Below, one piece after another: positions 9,783 to 23,164 of a stretch of DNA of 64,000 nucleotides. This DNA is from Magallana gigas (taxonomy: Eukaryota). The DNA lies in the NCBI RefSeq assembly GCF_963853765.1, contig NC_088860.1, positions 30,194,001 through 30,258,000 on the forward strand. Direction: 5' to 3'. The notes under the pieces were generated by a model. That model worked only from the letters and a program-made list of their open reading frames with translations. It did not search any database and was not told the DNA's origin. Each line of letters begins with the position of its first letter. Position 1 is the stretch's first letter. A program made the translations under genes and the position numbers.

Positions 9783-11720
9783 ACTAGCATGCATTAAATG
9801 AAAACCTAACATGTGCTGTGTAGAAATTGAACTAACATGCATTAAATAAAAACCTAACATTATTTGGAAGTTTTTAGTTTTTTTCCCGCTTTATCGCAAT
9901 CACTGTGTTAAATACTAAATCTGTTTCTTTATTTCCAAATGTGATGTCTTAAAGTTATTCTTGTTTCCAACTTATCTGTAGACGTCCAATAATTTAGTTA
10001 ACATCCAGTTTTTCCTGTCTCTGTCCATTATTTTTTTTTAAAAACGGGCGGTTTCTATCCATTATCTTTATAAATGGACACCTGTTATTTTTTTTTAATT
10101 TAAGAAGTATTTTATCTTGCATAACAGCCAAAAAAGAACTGGCAATTGAAAGGGTTATACATAAAAAAGATATTTAAAAATTATTAGGACGAAATGATTT
10201 TAATTTCCAGGGCATATATATGAGCATATCACACCTGATTTACACGAACATTAACATAAAGTTAATTTCAATTTATAGTACAGACCCTGTGAAAAAGTAA
10301 AATGAGTGATCAACAGAAATTCGCAAGAGTTAGAGAGAGAGGACAACTTGATTTTCTAGAAGCAGTGGACTAATCAAACTAAACCGGAAGGTGAAAACTC
10401 ATTTAATTCACATACATGTACTTAGTGTAAAAGTTACCACCCAAAATAGGCATTGAAACAAGCCCGACCCCCGAGCAAACAAACTTATCCCCCTACCCCC
10501 ACCCCTGAACATATTGATATGGATATACGCATGCACTCGCCATATTATCATGATTTACAGAAAAATAATTAAGATCAAAGAAACTAACGTTGTTTCAAAT
10601 CGTGCTCTTGTTTTATTACATGATTTACATCAACATTCAAAGCGTGCTCCCGCCAGCTTTTTTTGTTGTTGTTTTTTGCTATTTTTTCTTATTTACAAAT
10701 AAAATATATTTTTTTTTTTTACAAATAAAATATTTCAAGATTTTTCGGACATATTATTTCTGCAATCGGCTGGATCCACCCCCGCTTCTTTAATTCGTCG
10801 TGAAATTCCATGTACTTTTTCCATGAACAAAACTCAGTCACGTGATTGTCTTTGTCATTCGAACAGCACAGAGAACCACACTGTGGCACACAAAAGAAGC
10901 CTATGTCGTAGAGAAAACATCGACGGAGGGAAGAAGATAAGTTTGATAAGTTTGAAACTAAGGTAGGAATTGATTTTGGGTTGTCTTTTACTTGTGATGC
11001 AGAACGCACGAATGGGTGTATGTAATTTTAAGTAATAATCCCCTTGATAAGTTATGTGATAATTAATATCCTTTTTAACGAAATTTGTATCCGAAATTGT
11101 TTAACCGGTATTGTAAATAACGGGGTGATATGGTACACCTAGGCAATCGACCTTGCTAGACGATGACGAGTCTGCACGAGAGATAAATCTGAAATGCATA
11201 CTAAGGGTCGGGGTTTGGTGAGATGTGGTTTGTAAAGGCGTAAGCAATATTTGGCAGTTATTTGTGAAAAACAACATTTTGGGGGATTCTTTTATCATAT
11301 TTTGTCACATCTTATTTGAGAAAAAATGAAAAATACAAGTAATTTAACCGTGTTCCCCAGCACTGCAAAATTGATCTTTGCCGCTCTATGATCGAGCATG
11401 TGCGAATGACAGCAAACACTGTCGGGTCCAGTACAATCTCTTCATTTAGCTGTATGTAGTATAAGTTAGCTGTAGCTCTTAGATAATCCAAAGTATGTCG
11501 ATGATCATTAAGAAGACTAGATGGTCGATGCTAGATAATTTTTCAGCATCTAGACAAAATGACACTTTAGTGCAATGATAATTATCAACTTTAAACTGTT
11601 CTGTAAACAATGCATGTAAAGATTACTCATCAATTTGCGTCTCTTTAAGAGACCCTGCACTTAAAATTTTAAAAAGTTTGGGGGCAATTGATTTACGACC
11701 ACACAGTTGTACTTCTTGGA

Positions 11721-12088
11721 CAGGTTGGGACCACTCTCCCAAATGGGATACAATAGCCCGTTTGGGATATAATTTTAAGGGCAAAAAAATATTTTTTTTT
11801 ATTTTAAAATTTTTGAAATAATTCCGCATTAATGTGAATAAAATGCAACAACTTTTGGTTAAGAAGTTTTTCTATATTTCTATAGTTTGTAAGATTGATC
11901 CCCAAGAAGTTTTGGATAAACTGAGGGATCAATCTCAGTAATAGTACAGCTACAGAAAAAGTTGTTTACCAAAAGTTGTTGTATTTCATCTATTCTAATG
12001 CGGATTAATATCAAAAATTTCAAAATCAAATTTTTTTATTTTTTGCACTTAAAATTTATATCCCATTTGGGAGAGTGGTCCCAACCTG
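11721..12088. mobile_element. MITE with ~170-bp TIRs and 5-bp TSD (TTGGA)
   Basis: Ends CAGGTTGGGACCACTCTCCCAAATGGGATA and TATCCCATTTGGGAGAGTGGTCCCAACCTG; TTGGA at 11716-11720 and 12089-12093. Confidence 0.9.
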
Positions 12089-12286
12089 TTGGATGAAATA
12101 TAAAGAAGGTCAGCTATAGTTAGCAAGATATAACTGATTGGTACATGTAAAAATTCAGCACAATGTAAAGAAATCATACTTATCCACGCATCAGTGCACA
12201 CAAGGTGGTGGACAGTTAACCAAACATGGGAATATAATGTTGTTTTTTTTATTCTTTCAGTACTTATATAAGGACCACTATCTTCC

Positions 12287-13268
12287 ATGATGTCAGCCAC
12301 CCACCACACAAATACTACCACGGTAGTCATGGCCGCTCCCCAACCCACGGTAGTGATCCAGCAACCCAAGAGGGAAAGGTCAGATTGATTGATAGAAATT
12401 TTGTCTTGTTATACTAAAAATGAGTAAAAAGCTTGACACCTGTTATAATAATAAATATACAGCACGTATTTCATACATTTTAGTGCAATATCTTTTGTAA
12501 TATGCAATTCTAATAGTTTGATATTATAAAGCAATGTCAAAAGCAAATACCCATGCTATGTGAACTTCTGATTGAAAAAAAAACGTAATTCAATTAATCA
12601 TTTATCCATCTGACAATCGTATGCAGTAACAAATTATGGAAGCTACATATAACATAATTCATATGTTCTATTTGTTTTGTAGGTTTGCGGACAAAATTTT
12701 GCTGAACCTCATAATCTCGTTTTTCTTCCCGTTCTGGCTCTTTGTGTGGTGCTGCATGGTAAGTAGTACTGAAATATGTCACAGTAGTATACACTTGGAC
12801 GTATATAATGAAGACACTAAGGGGAGTTTATAAGGTTACGACAGCTGAACAGTTTCAGTTGCAAAAAATTAATTTAGAATTAGAATTTTTTTTTATAGTA
12901 TCAATGAAAAATATTTTTATGTAATATAAAGTATGTAGAAAAAAAAACCCATCTACATCTCGATTCTTTTAAAAATTGTGATTTTCATGTTAATTTTAAA
13001 ACGTTAAATACACAAGTTTGATTTTATTTACAATTTCTGTATTGACTGTCATTAATTTCACTTTTGAAATATCATCATAAAATGTAATTTTCATGTTAGT
13101 AAATATTTTCAGTTTTACAAGAAAAATCCATGTTATGTTTCCATGGTATTTCATGGTATACCTGCTATACACCTCGTGGTTGTATATGATTATGTTAAAT
13201 TTTAATAGACCATGTTATAAAGTGTGCTAATGTACTTCTATTCTTTGCAGTGTATTTGTGAAAAGTGA
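12287..13268 (+). CDS. Small Cys-rich membrane protein, CYSTM-like, copy 1 (short form, 61 aa)
   Basis: Exons 12287-12378, 12683-12758, 13251-13268 (GT-AG, phases 2/0): MMSATHHTNTTTVVMAAPQPTVVIQQPKRERFADKILLNLIISFFFPFWLFVWCCMCICEK*. The family name is inferred from the architecture. Confidence 0.8.
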
Positions 13269-14479
13269 CACAGCGCAAAGGACCCTCTGGCGATCATTTC
13301 TGAGCAAGGATCATGTTCACAAAATGTAGAGACGTGACTTTTCATCCGTAGACTCCATATATATAATTTATGTGTCCTTGCCTTTATTACTGCGTATACA
13401 CTGTTATTCAGGATACATGCCTTTGTATATACTTTTGTATATTTATGTTCCGTAATCAAGTATAAGATAGTTGAATTAAATGCATAATATAACAGTTTAC
13501 TCATTTTGCCATCATTTTCTTCCATTAACTCACCTCGGACTAAGGCTTGACCAACCAACAATTACCACGAGTACGCTTTCATGACGTATTTATTATTTTT
13601 TTGTTTAAAACTGCGCACGGGTTTATGACAGTGCAGTGTTGAACAGAAAAGCGCAGCACATTAATTAAACATTTCTGCAAATAAGTAAACTCTTTTGCAC
13701 CATGATTTTAAAATTTAGGATAACTTTAAGCTTTTTAAAGGATAATTTAAAGCGATTTGATAGTCATGACACACCAATGGCGCCGCATTTGAAACCCTGT
13801 AAGATACGGTCACACAAGTCTATACTTGTATTATCCATAAGCTTGTTAAAAAAAAAAAACGCCTATTTTGTGTTAATCATCCATAAAATGAGGTTAGGTA
13901 CCCATCCTGTTCTGATCTAGTTTGAAATTTGGGAGCCACAAAATTGGGCGGAACAGCACCTTTTCCCGACACTAAAATGGTGAAGTAATAACTACTTTTT
14001 TTAAAATGCTACCTTACTTTATACATAATTACCGAAAAGAAAAGAAAAACTTTCTAAACGTTATTTGCTTTGCGATGAGGTAATCGTGATCCTAAAACGG
14101 AAGTTACACCAAAAGAGCCCCAAGTGCAGGGTGTTGAATTACCAAGACGAAAAATCGACCGAGCTTCTTTTACGCTGACGAAGATGGAAAAAATAGGGGA
14201 ACTGGGTTTTTTTGGTCATGTCTGCCTTTCTAATCTTATGCAGAAATCATATTTAGCTGAAGCTTTTGAACTGTAAAAATGTATTTGGTGAACTCTTCAA
14301 GTTTGGCACGCAAATTTCCACAGTATTTCCCTCTTAGTGTATCGGATCAGTGGTGTTTATGTGAACCATACTAGCCCTATCCAGGATTAGAATGGCCTCA
14401 TTGCCTTCATCTTGCTATACTGACAACGTCGACACGATATTACACATTGATCTCGATCTACTAGAATCTTGCGGTTTAT

Positions 14480-14742
14480 TTGTTTATATTTACATTTTCC
14501 AGTGTCTTTGCCTGTGATAGCACTACGAATCGATTTTGTACTATATAACCCAAAATACAAATGACGCCAAATCGAGGCACCAGCGGGGTTTGCTTATTAA
14601 TATTTAAATATGTAATCGTATCATAAATATACGTAAATATGTAATCATATCATAAAGCCCTTCGGGCGTTATTGGATTTGATCACGCCCCGACCGAAATT
14701 ATCACCTCATAATACTCAAAGAATGATTCCTTATTCCTTATT
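14480..14742. mobile_element. Palindrome-ended non-autonomous repeat, family B copy
   Basis: Shares CCGACCGAAATTATCACCTCATAATACTCAAAGAATGATTCCTTATT and CTGTGATA(G/A)CACTA(C/T)GAATCGATTTT with 15893-16187, 27107-27400 and (partly) 34215-34352. Confidence 0.8.
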
Positions 14743-15892
14743 TATTCTCTAAGCCAGATGACTTATAAGATCATAGAACATAGAATAATTGTAAAAATAA
14801 AAAAGAGAGAATTGAAATACATTCAATACATATATATTACCGCGGTTATACATCAGAACATCATAAAATGCATATATAATTTTTAACTTTCTTGAACGAG
14901 TGAATTTCTATTATGTTTCTGCTCCTTAAATATATTTTACTAAATTGCTTAATTCATTTACATTCTTGTACATAATTGGTCTTTTCTCATAATATTATTT
15001 AATATACAATTGCATGTACTTGTGATAAAAAGGACATTACAAAATAATACGATACCCGTCTTCGACATTCAAATGACAACAATTACTTTCTAAGCGTTTT
15101 TTTGTAAATTTTCCCTTCCCAATCATTAATAAATGTGCACTTAGTCTAAATTTAGTTATTGTAGAAACTTAAATTAGTATTATTATTATCATTACTAAAT
15201 GTAACTATTCAGATATTATCACATCAGAAGAGATATTTATGTAATTTATACAAAAATTTACAAATTTATATATAAGATTCCTCTTCCTCCTAATATGTTG
15301 AACAATGTAACCTGGAGTGTATTCGTGCGATCGTATAATGAAGAGAACAAATGGGAATCCAGTTATAGCTCTGAAACTGAGTATTATTGGTCACTTTGTA
15401 GACACTGGATGAATAAACTAATTACTTCCTGAGGTATTATCACATCGGAAAAGATATAAATTACGTTATTTCTACGAAAATTTTCAAAATTTTTGAGTTC
15501 CCCGTCCTAAGAAAATTACTTTTCAATATTGAAATTGGATAACATTAATATAATTAACTAAGTGACAATTTACAACGTGCTTCACAAATCTAGGCGATTT
15601 TGTATACCCTGTGTGTATTATCTCCATGATATGTTTTAACCCGGGGTAATTATGAGATAACAATAAAAGAAGAGAAATTTTAAAAAAGAAATTCATGAAC
15701 GTGTAGACAACAATATGCATGTATTTTTCAAAATCATGAGTTTATTCTATAAACAAGAAAGGATTGGCATGTATCGAATCTTAGTTGAATATTTATGACA
15801 TGTCTGCAGACCCCCCCCCCCCCCCTCTCCCAAAAAACCCCGCCACAGTTAATGATTGCATTTAAAGCATTTGTTGGCATTGTACGTAGGTA

Positions 15893-16187
15893 CATATTCC
15901 AGTCTTTGTCTGTGATAACACTATGAATCGATTTTTGTACTATACAATCCAATAAATTCAAATGACGTATTGTTGGGGCGCAAGCGGGTTTGCATACTTG
16001 ATATTCTAATTTTAATCGTACAACTGCTGAAAATTATATAATATAAGTAATAAGGAATCATTCTTTGAATATTATGAGTTGATAATTTCATGAGATATCA
16101 TAAAGCCCTTCGGCTTTTATTGGATTTGATCACGACCCGACCGAAATTATCACCTCATAATACTCAAAGAATGATTCCTTATTCCTT
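15893..16187. mobile_element. Palindrome-ended non-autonomous repeat, family B copy
   Basis: Hairpin TAAGGAATCATTCTTTGAATATTATGAG...CTCATAATACTCAAAGAATGATTCCTTA at 16031-16181; body homologous to 14480-14742. Confidence 0.8.
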
Positions 16188-16375
16188 CAAAACTCTCTAA
16201 AAATGTGAACATTCACTACAAAAATCCGTAATTATGTACATGTATAATACCTAACTCATAGCATGGTGTACAAAACTAGTATGAATATTTATTTCATTAA
16301 ATTAATCAGGGTAAAAAAGACTGGAGTAAAATGTTATTTTACAAAGGTAAACAGTCCTCAATGTTGTGCTAAGTG

Positions 16376-16790
16376 CATAGGCGTCGAAAGCAAATTGAAA
16401 GTGGGGGGGCTAGACTAATCCTCAGAAGTATTGAGAAAAAAGTAATTCCCAAAATCATGGAAATCCTAATCCGGGGGGGTGGGGGGGGGGGGGGGAGTAT
16501 GCCTGCCTATACTTCCAAAAAAACAATTACTTACCCAATTTTTTTTTCCCAAAATCATGAAATTCCTAATCCGTTGGGGTGGGGGGGGGGGCGGCTAGAA
16601 TCTTCGGAATCTAACTTCTCCATCTTTCAAGGTAAATTAGGAACGGTAATCTTTCCTGCGAAAAAAAGTGGGGGGCTGAACCCTCTAACATGCTATGTTT
16701 CTAATGGTTAGGTATAACTTTGCAAAAAAAGTGGGGGGGGGGGGGCTAAGCCCCCCCCCCCTAGCCCCCCCCCCGGTTCCGACGCATATG
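16376..16790. mobile_element. G/C-run-rich MITE with CATAGGCGTCG / CGACGCATATG ends
   Basis: Imperfect terminal inverted repeats, internal duplicated CCCAAAATCATGGAAATCCTAATCCG segment, and poly-G/poly-C tracts. Confidence 0.7.
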
Positions 16791-17082
16791 AGGTGGATAA
16801 GATAGAAAATAGTCTGCTATATGTAGATTGAAAATTTTAAACATTGTCTAGTCTTGTTTATTTACCTCTTGCATCACTGAGGACTTTTATTTTTGTTGTA
16901 CATTTTTTGCACTTCCCAGTTTTGTTCTTGTGATAATTTCATCAAGTTTCCTAATCTGCTTTGTCCTCAAACCACACTGTACCAGCTTTTTCTAGACTAG
17001 ACTTGATTTCTGTCTGTTGGCTGCTAATTTTAAAAACATCAGAGATATTTGACTGTCCTTCTTGAGTAACGTACTCTAGGAG

Positions 17083-20000
17083 TATGGCACGCCAAATTCA
17101 CAAAAATGGGCTAAACATAGTGTCACAGTCGATATACTAGGTTTATCGACTGTTAACTATAGTTTACGGATCGTAAACTATAGTTACCGACGTTAATCTA
17201 TATTTCACATCTGTAAACTATAGTTAACGCGATAATCTATGTTTCACATCTGTAAACTATAGTTAACACTGAAAACAATCATTTGCGGTTGTTAAACATA
17301 GTTTATCTGATAAATAGGGTTTTATGATCAGTAAACTACAGTTTACAAATCTAAAGCACGCCAAATTCACATAAATTTGCAAAACATAGTTTCACAGTCG
17401 ATTAACTAGGTTTATCGGCTTTTAACTATAGTTTACGGACCCTAAACTATATTTACCGACGTTAATCTAAAGTTTACGAATGCAAATCTATGTTTTTCTG
17501 TCTGGAAATACACGTTTACAATAGATTTTGCTGATAAATATAGATTCACATCTGAAAACTATAGTTTACATTCGTAAACTATTGTTTAGAGTTGATAAAT
17601 ATAGTTTCACGATTGTGAAACTATATTTATCAGATAAACTATGTACAATTTGCATTCGTGAACTATAGTTTAGAGTTGTTAATCATAGTTTCACAATGGT
17701 GAAACTATATTTATCAGATAAACTATGTTTAACAATCGCAATTGATTGTTTTTCAGTGGTAACTATAGTTAACAGATGTGAAACATAGATTATCGCGTTA
17801 ACTATAGTTTACAGACGTTAAATATAGATTAACGTCGTTAAAGGACAGGTGACACAATCACAAAAACATTGACCAACAAGTTGAATTGTGAGTGGGATAC
17901 AATTTCTGCAAAATTTTCCTTACTACTCCCATCTGTTTCACAGCTATTGCTGAATTACCGAGCTGATAAGACGCGTGACCTCAATATGCATATCTGAAGC
18001 CTCTGAGATCGGAAACCTTCGGTGCGACGTAATAGCCGACACACTGCCCATTCGCTGTATCTTTCAACCATAGGGATTTCGAAAAGTCTCTATACATTAT
18101 CACTTACTATGTGTTGCAAAATTCTTTCTTCATAAACAATGATTCCAATGTTTTGATGATTTTTATCTTATCTAAAATCTGAAGTCATCAACTTTTGCTC
18201 ATTGCTATTAAAAGTTTGAGAACCCGGTACATAAATAGAGTTATGCTAAGCTTAGAAACCCCATTTCTGTTTCCTCAGCAATTATGAACAGGAGTAAAAA
18301 TTGTGACCTGTACTGTTAACTTTTCATTGATCTATATACTTCATGCTGGAAAAAATATGTCAGATGTTGGATTTGTAAAAGATAAAAATCATCAAAACAT
18401 TGGAATCATTGTTTATGAAGAAAGAATTTTGCAACACATAGTAAGTGATAATGTATAGAGACTTTTCGTAACCAGGAATTTCACTGCATCTTAAACCCTA
18501 AATAAACCCTAATTAAGTAAATTGGACTTAATAAAGGATTTTTTGATTTAAGAAGTATTACCAGAAATCCTGGTACCTGTAAGCAAATTTGTTTGTAAAT
18601 TTCTTTAGTTCCACAAAATCAGGGGTCTACCTTAATATTAATACTAATAACCGGAACATCTTTTAATTTTATTTTTTAGAATGGTATTTGATCATGTTTG
18701 TTTATTGAAATTTAAATAAAAGAACTATATATATACCCAATTTTCATAATCAGTAAATACTGAAACAGTAGTTTTTTATCATAGTATTCAGGTTTTAAAA
18801 ACGTATTAATCTCAGACTCCTTGAATATTATCCAAATGTAATTTGATCTTTCTTTTAATAGTTTATGAAGATCATTTTTTGGTAGTACTTCTGAGTTGTG
18901 TATAATTTATTCTCTATTGATCAAACCTAAAAAAAAAAAAAAGCCCAAAAACGAGCTGTTATGCACACTGATTACTTCTTATATACTGACATTAGATTCA
19001 GAGTGACAATGGATTATTTTTTTTACAGCAACACCAATTGTTACAAATAGTATACAAAAAAGGATTTATATGTGATATAATAAAAATCTAACTCATCGTG
19101 CTCCCAGTTGAGTTTTTTTTAAAGAAAAAAAATATTTAGATTAATATCAACTTATTCAAATCAATGTTTTGGATCTGCAAGATTGGATTAATATGCATAT
19201 TCAATCAATATATTTCAAACTTAACTGAATACTGACAATCTGAACAAGTGGTTGCCTGTCTGGCTGACAGGATGATAATCTGCAATAAATGATTATCAAT
19301 CACAGAGTCTTCAGATTCATTCTAATTTAATTACTTTTTTCAACTCCTATTACCACTATCTTATGTACACAAGATTTCTCAAAAACTCCATTAACCAATA
19401 ATACAACCTGTAATCTTGTACATTCTATAATCTTTTTACTTTGTTTTCAGGAGAGGGTTCATACATTAAACTTTTCAATAAAATATGCTTTTAATAAATT
19501 CACTTTAATCTGATAGTGCTTTATTTCAAAATCATCATTTGCAACACAAATACACTATCCTGTATGTGTAAATAAATCCTCGTCCATTGCTCTATTTACT
19601 ATGTAGCCGATAGCTGACTATGTCATCTTTGACGAATAACGCGCAGGGGTTTCTTATCTCATTAAAGATCGGCAAAACTCGGAGATCTGCTGCAGATGGG
19701 ATTTTCAGCACACTTAATTGAGCTGTGTGTTCTTATCTGATGCTTGTCAAATGGAAAAATTGTTATAAACTGATTTATATTTATCAGAGAAAATGTTTTT
19801 AGAAGAAAATGATTTTGTGTCACCTGTCCTTTAACTATAGTTTTCGATCCGTAAAACTATAGTTAACAGTCGATAAACCTAGTTTATCGACTGTAAAACT
19901 ATGTTTAGCTCATTTTTGTGAATTTGTCTGATAAATGTAGTTTCACGATTTGTGAAACTATAATTAACAACTCTTAACTATAGTTTACGATTGTTAATTA

Positions 20001-20251
20001 TAATTAACAAATGTGAATCTATATTTATCAGCAAAATCTATTGTTAACGTTTTTTAACAGAGAGATAAACTATGATTATCATTCGTAAACTATAGTTTAC
20101 ATTCATGAAATATAGTTTCACAGATATAAACTATAGTTAACGAATCGTTAACTATAGTTTAGGATCCGTAAACAATAGCTAACAGCTGATAAACATAGTT
20201 TATCGACTGTGAAACTATGTTTAGCTAATTTATGTGAATTGGTGTGCCATA
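17083..20251. mobile_element. IS3EU-like non-autonomous foldback element with 6-bp TSD
   Basis: Termini TATGGCAC...GTGCCATA; TAGGAG duplicated at 17077-17082 and 20252-20257. Arms are built from AACTATAGTT-type repeats. TAY...RTA ends with a 6-bp TSD are the described IS3EU signature. Confidence 0.8.
17842..19830. mobile_element. Kolobok-like non-autonomous element (TTAA TSD) nested in the IS3EU-like element
   Basis: TTAA|AGGACAGGTGACACAA ... TTGTGTCACCTGTCCT|TTAA; removal restores the host repeat AACGTCGTTAACTATAGTT. Confidence 0.88.
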
Positions 20252-20599
20252 TAGGAGAGCTTAAAACCATTTAACAAGGGTTAAACAAAAAGTTATCGGA
20301 TTGAATTTAAGAAAACGACATCGGTGAAGCTAATATTAATTATCCAACATATCTTACACATTCATACTTTTTCATTCATTTTTAAATATTCCAGTTTTTC
20401 ATTGATGATAAAATAAAAACACTGCAAAACAAAGTTGTAGACCTCCGCACGTTCTATAAAATGAGGCAAAATTAGGCACGCTATCACTCTGTTTGCATAT
20501 GTACATATACTTTCATTCCTTTCGAATCTCCTGCTATGTAACTTGTGCAAATGTGCATTACATTGTATCTTAATCCCTGGAATAAGACGAAGTGAAACT

Positions 20600-20870
20600 A
20601 AAACAGCTCAATTTCTGAGTCAAGATGCACAATGCGTTTCTTTGAAGCGGTTGAGTCAACCAATCGAAAGCTTGCCTGGCATGCATAACTCAGCCAATCA
20701 AACAAGTTCGAATTCTGTAAAGTAAAACTTAATTGGTGTAAAATTACTTAAAATTTGCTTTTGTGCTTTCATTTAGAACAGTTATGCGGTTAGGTCGCTT
20801 GTTAAGAGTGCATGGCATCATATTTTAATCCTCAGAGGAAGAAATCTCAGAATTGCAACTCATTTAAGGT
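20600..20870 (+). promoter_or_regulatory. Putative promoter and non-coding first exon of CYSTM-like copy 2
   Basis: Homologous to 25200-25495 (AAGCGGTT..AGTCAA, TGTGCTTTCATT(T/C)AGAACAG, GTGCATGGCA, GAGGAAGA/GAAGGAAGA). Ends in donor AAG|GTAAGA at 20868. Confidence 0.45.
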
Positions 20871-21576
20871 AAGAAAACTAAGTGTAACTGCATTTCTTTA
20901 CAGTTTTGATGTCATCTACTTGCTTTTTCGCTTTTTCGGTTTAATATTATTTTTGAGTTTTGAGATTCAATTTACTTAGTCTAGTCATTGTCTATAAGAA
21001 TCTATGGCCATCATTTTGAGATAGATTATCGATAGATAGGTTATTAATTGATTTCTTGTAAAACGCGTGAGAAGATCATGAAATTATTCAAGAGTGATAA
21101 AAACATCATGTTACAAATCAAACTATACACGGAAATTAATGTGTAAATCTATTTATTTTGAAGGATTGTATAATAGGAGGGAATGTTACATTGTAATTTA
21201 AAGATGTACCTAATGAAGGGGATACCTTCAATAACTCAATTGTTCAAAGAGACAGTTGAAAAAAATCCCACAAAATTCTTTTCAATATATACTAGTAAGT
21301 TATATCAAGAAAACAGCATTTCGCCACCAGACATGTAGACTATAAATAAACAAAACAAGGACAATGAGTAATGGCTATCATTCGACTTGGTCTGGAGCAT
21401 CAGTGTTTCGTTTAATTATACCTCAACCCCTTAGTATATGAATTTACCTCTCACGTGTATGCAAAAGTGTTTTAGCTCCAGATACTCCAAATGGCCTTGT
21501 TTTGAAGTTCCTCAAAACGTGTTTGTCAGTTGTTTACTTAAACAATAAAATGCTTTCCTTGGTGATTCACTCGGGA

Positions 21577-21663
21577 TATGAAGGTAGCGACATTGCAGAA
21601 AAAATACATTACCCGCGTTAGCTGGTTATATAAAATTTTTGCTGCAATGATCACTACCTTCAT
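21577..21663. repeat. Imperfect hairpin, probable end of a palindrome-type element
   Basis: ATGAAGGTAGCGACATTGCAGAAAAAAT ... AATTTTTGCTGCAATGATCACTACCTTCAT. Confidence 0.6.
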
Positions 21664-22537
21664 TGTATTGTTTATATTTACATCTTTCTTTTAACGAATT
21701 GATTTGAACATATTTTATTGCATTATATATATATTACAATGGAATTGGGCACAAGTTATAAAAACTTAATTCGCCCTCTCCCTACATGTTGAACAACAAA
21801 TACAATATTATTGCAAATACGTTTCAGTTTGTACTTATACACTAATAGATTACATCAGTACGTAGATATTTGATAAATGTAGTAAAAAAGTTAATGTTAT
21901 CTAATATTAGTATTTCATGTATGCAAGGATGAACGAGATAAATAAATAAAAATAAGCAAACTAATTAATAAATTGATTCTAATTAAAAAGTTAGTAAAAT
22001 TCACTAAATTACTTTTAATGTACACAAGTACGTTAGCTAAAAGAAACAGCGAAATCGTCTCCTGTGAGACTTTGAGTCAGACATCGTCATGATTATTTCC
22101 ATCGTCGGTGACCCACGTGTGATTCACATCGATTCTCTCCATCATCACCCGTGTTCGTGCAGTCCGTGATTTTTCTTAGGTCGCTTTAGGCTTCGACCAA
22201 TCGATAAACAGGGCGCGTCAATATCAGTCCTGTCATTTTCTTGTTAGTTTCAGCCGCTGTAGATTTCGACCAATCGATAAACAAGCGTGTAGATTTCAAT
22301 ATGGCTGTTTCTATAGAGCTATGAAATAACTATAAGTTTCCGTAAGAAACAGAGGAAATTATACTTGGTAGATGTAAATATAGCAAAATGAATTGACAAT
22401 CTAAACGTATGTATACATTACTATAGTATTGTTCTCAAAATGGCCGGGTCGGGGATGGGTGGAGACTGGGAAGTACGGAAAACCATGACAGAGCGAAAGA
22501 ATGAGCAATGAAAATTCTGAAGATTATATCATGTTAA

Positions 22538-22894
22538 GGTGGTATGGGACACTTCAATGTTGTGAAGTATTGTTTATCGCAATAAACAATAAAATGAAGT
22601 GTAATTCTATAAGTAGTTTCTTCCCCAATATTGTCAACAGTGTAGCGCAGTGGGTTAGAGGATTGACTACGAATCAGTAAGTCATGAGTTTGAATCCCAC
22701 TGGGTTTTTTTGTTTGTTTTTGTTTTGTTTGTTTTTTTTTTTTTGTTTTTTTTGCAATTTTTACTTTTCCGACTATTTTTAAAAGCTATTTTTTGGTTAA
22801 ATATTGTAAAATTTGAAAACTCTAAACTGGTGAAAGTATTTCAATAATAATGTACTTTAATCCACATTAAAATTGACATATGTCCCTTACCACC
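22538..22894 (+). mobile_element. TTAA-flanked MITE (Kolobok-like) with tRNA-like A/B-box core
   Basis: TTAA|GGTGGTATGGGACA...TGTCCCTTACCACC|TTAA; internal GTAGCGCAGTGGGTTAGAG...GAGTTTGAATCCC. A homologue lies at 37860-38452. Confidence 0.85.
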
Positions 22895-23164
22895 TTAAAA
22901 TTTATTTTCTGAAAGATATGAGTAAAGATTATATTTCATAATACTACTATTTGTCTGTCCTAACAGAAATATACTGAATAATCACCTATGTATAAATGAC
23001 AGTAAACGATGCAAATGGCATTGCACCCGAGCAGGAGGCAGTCATGCAAATGTTTGTAAAGATGAAATTATAGTTTTTATTTAATTATTGTGTTTAAACA
23101 TCTTTCAAATCATCATCTTGTTTGAATTTTTTCAGTACCTATATAAGGACCACATTCTTCCACG

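Noticed and set aside
9869-9907. 23-RSS-like signal on the minus strand (CACAGTG, 23-nt spacer, CTAAAAACT) near the RAG1-like gene
   Set aside because: It lies 1.3 kb outside the TIR-defined element, no partner 12-RSS was found, and the nonamer matches only 6/9 through an A-run, which is likely by chance in AT-rich DNA.
17083-17830. CRISPR-like array in the AACTATAGTT repeats, or in the 1-150 repeats
   Set aside because: Eukaryotic context, no constant repeat with unique equal-length spacers, and no cas genes; the repeats belong to transposon arms.
22640-22712. tRNA genes here and at about 37890, 38160, 46715 and 48222
   Set aside because: A/B boxes are present but acceptor and anticodon stems do not pair properly, and all lie inside TIR elements.
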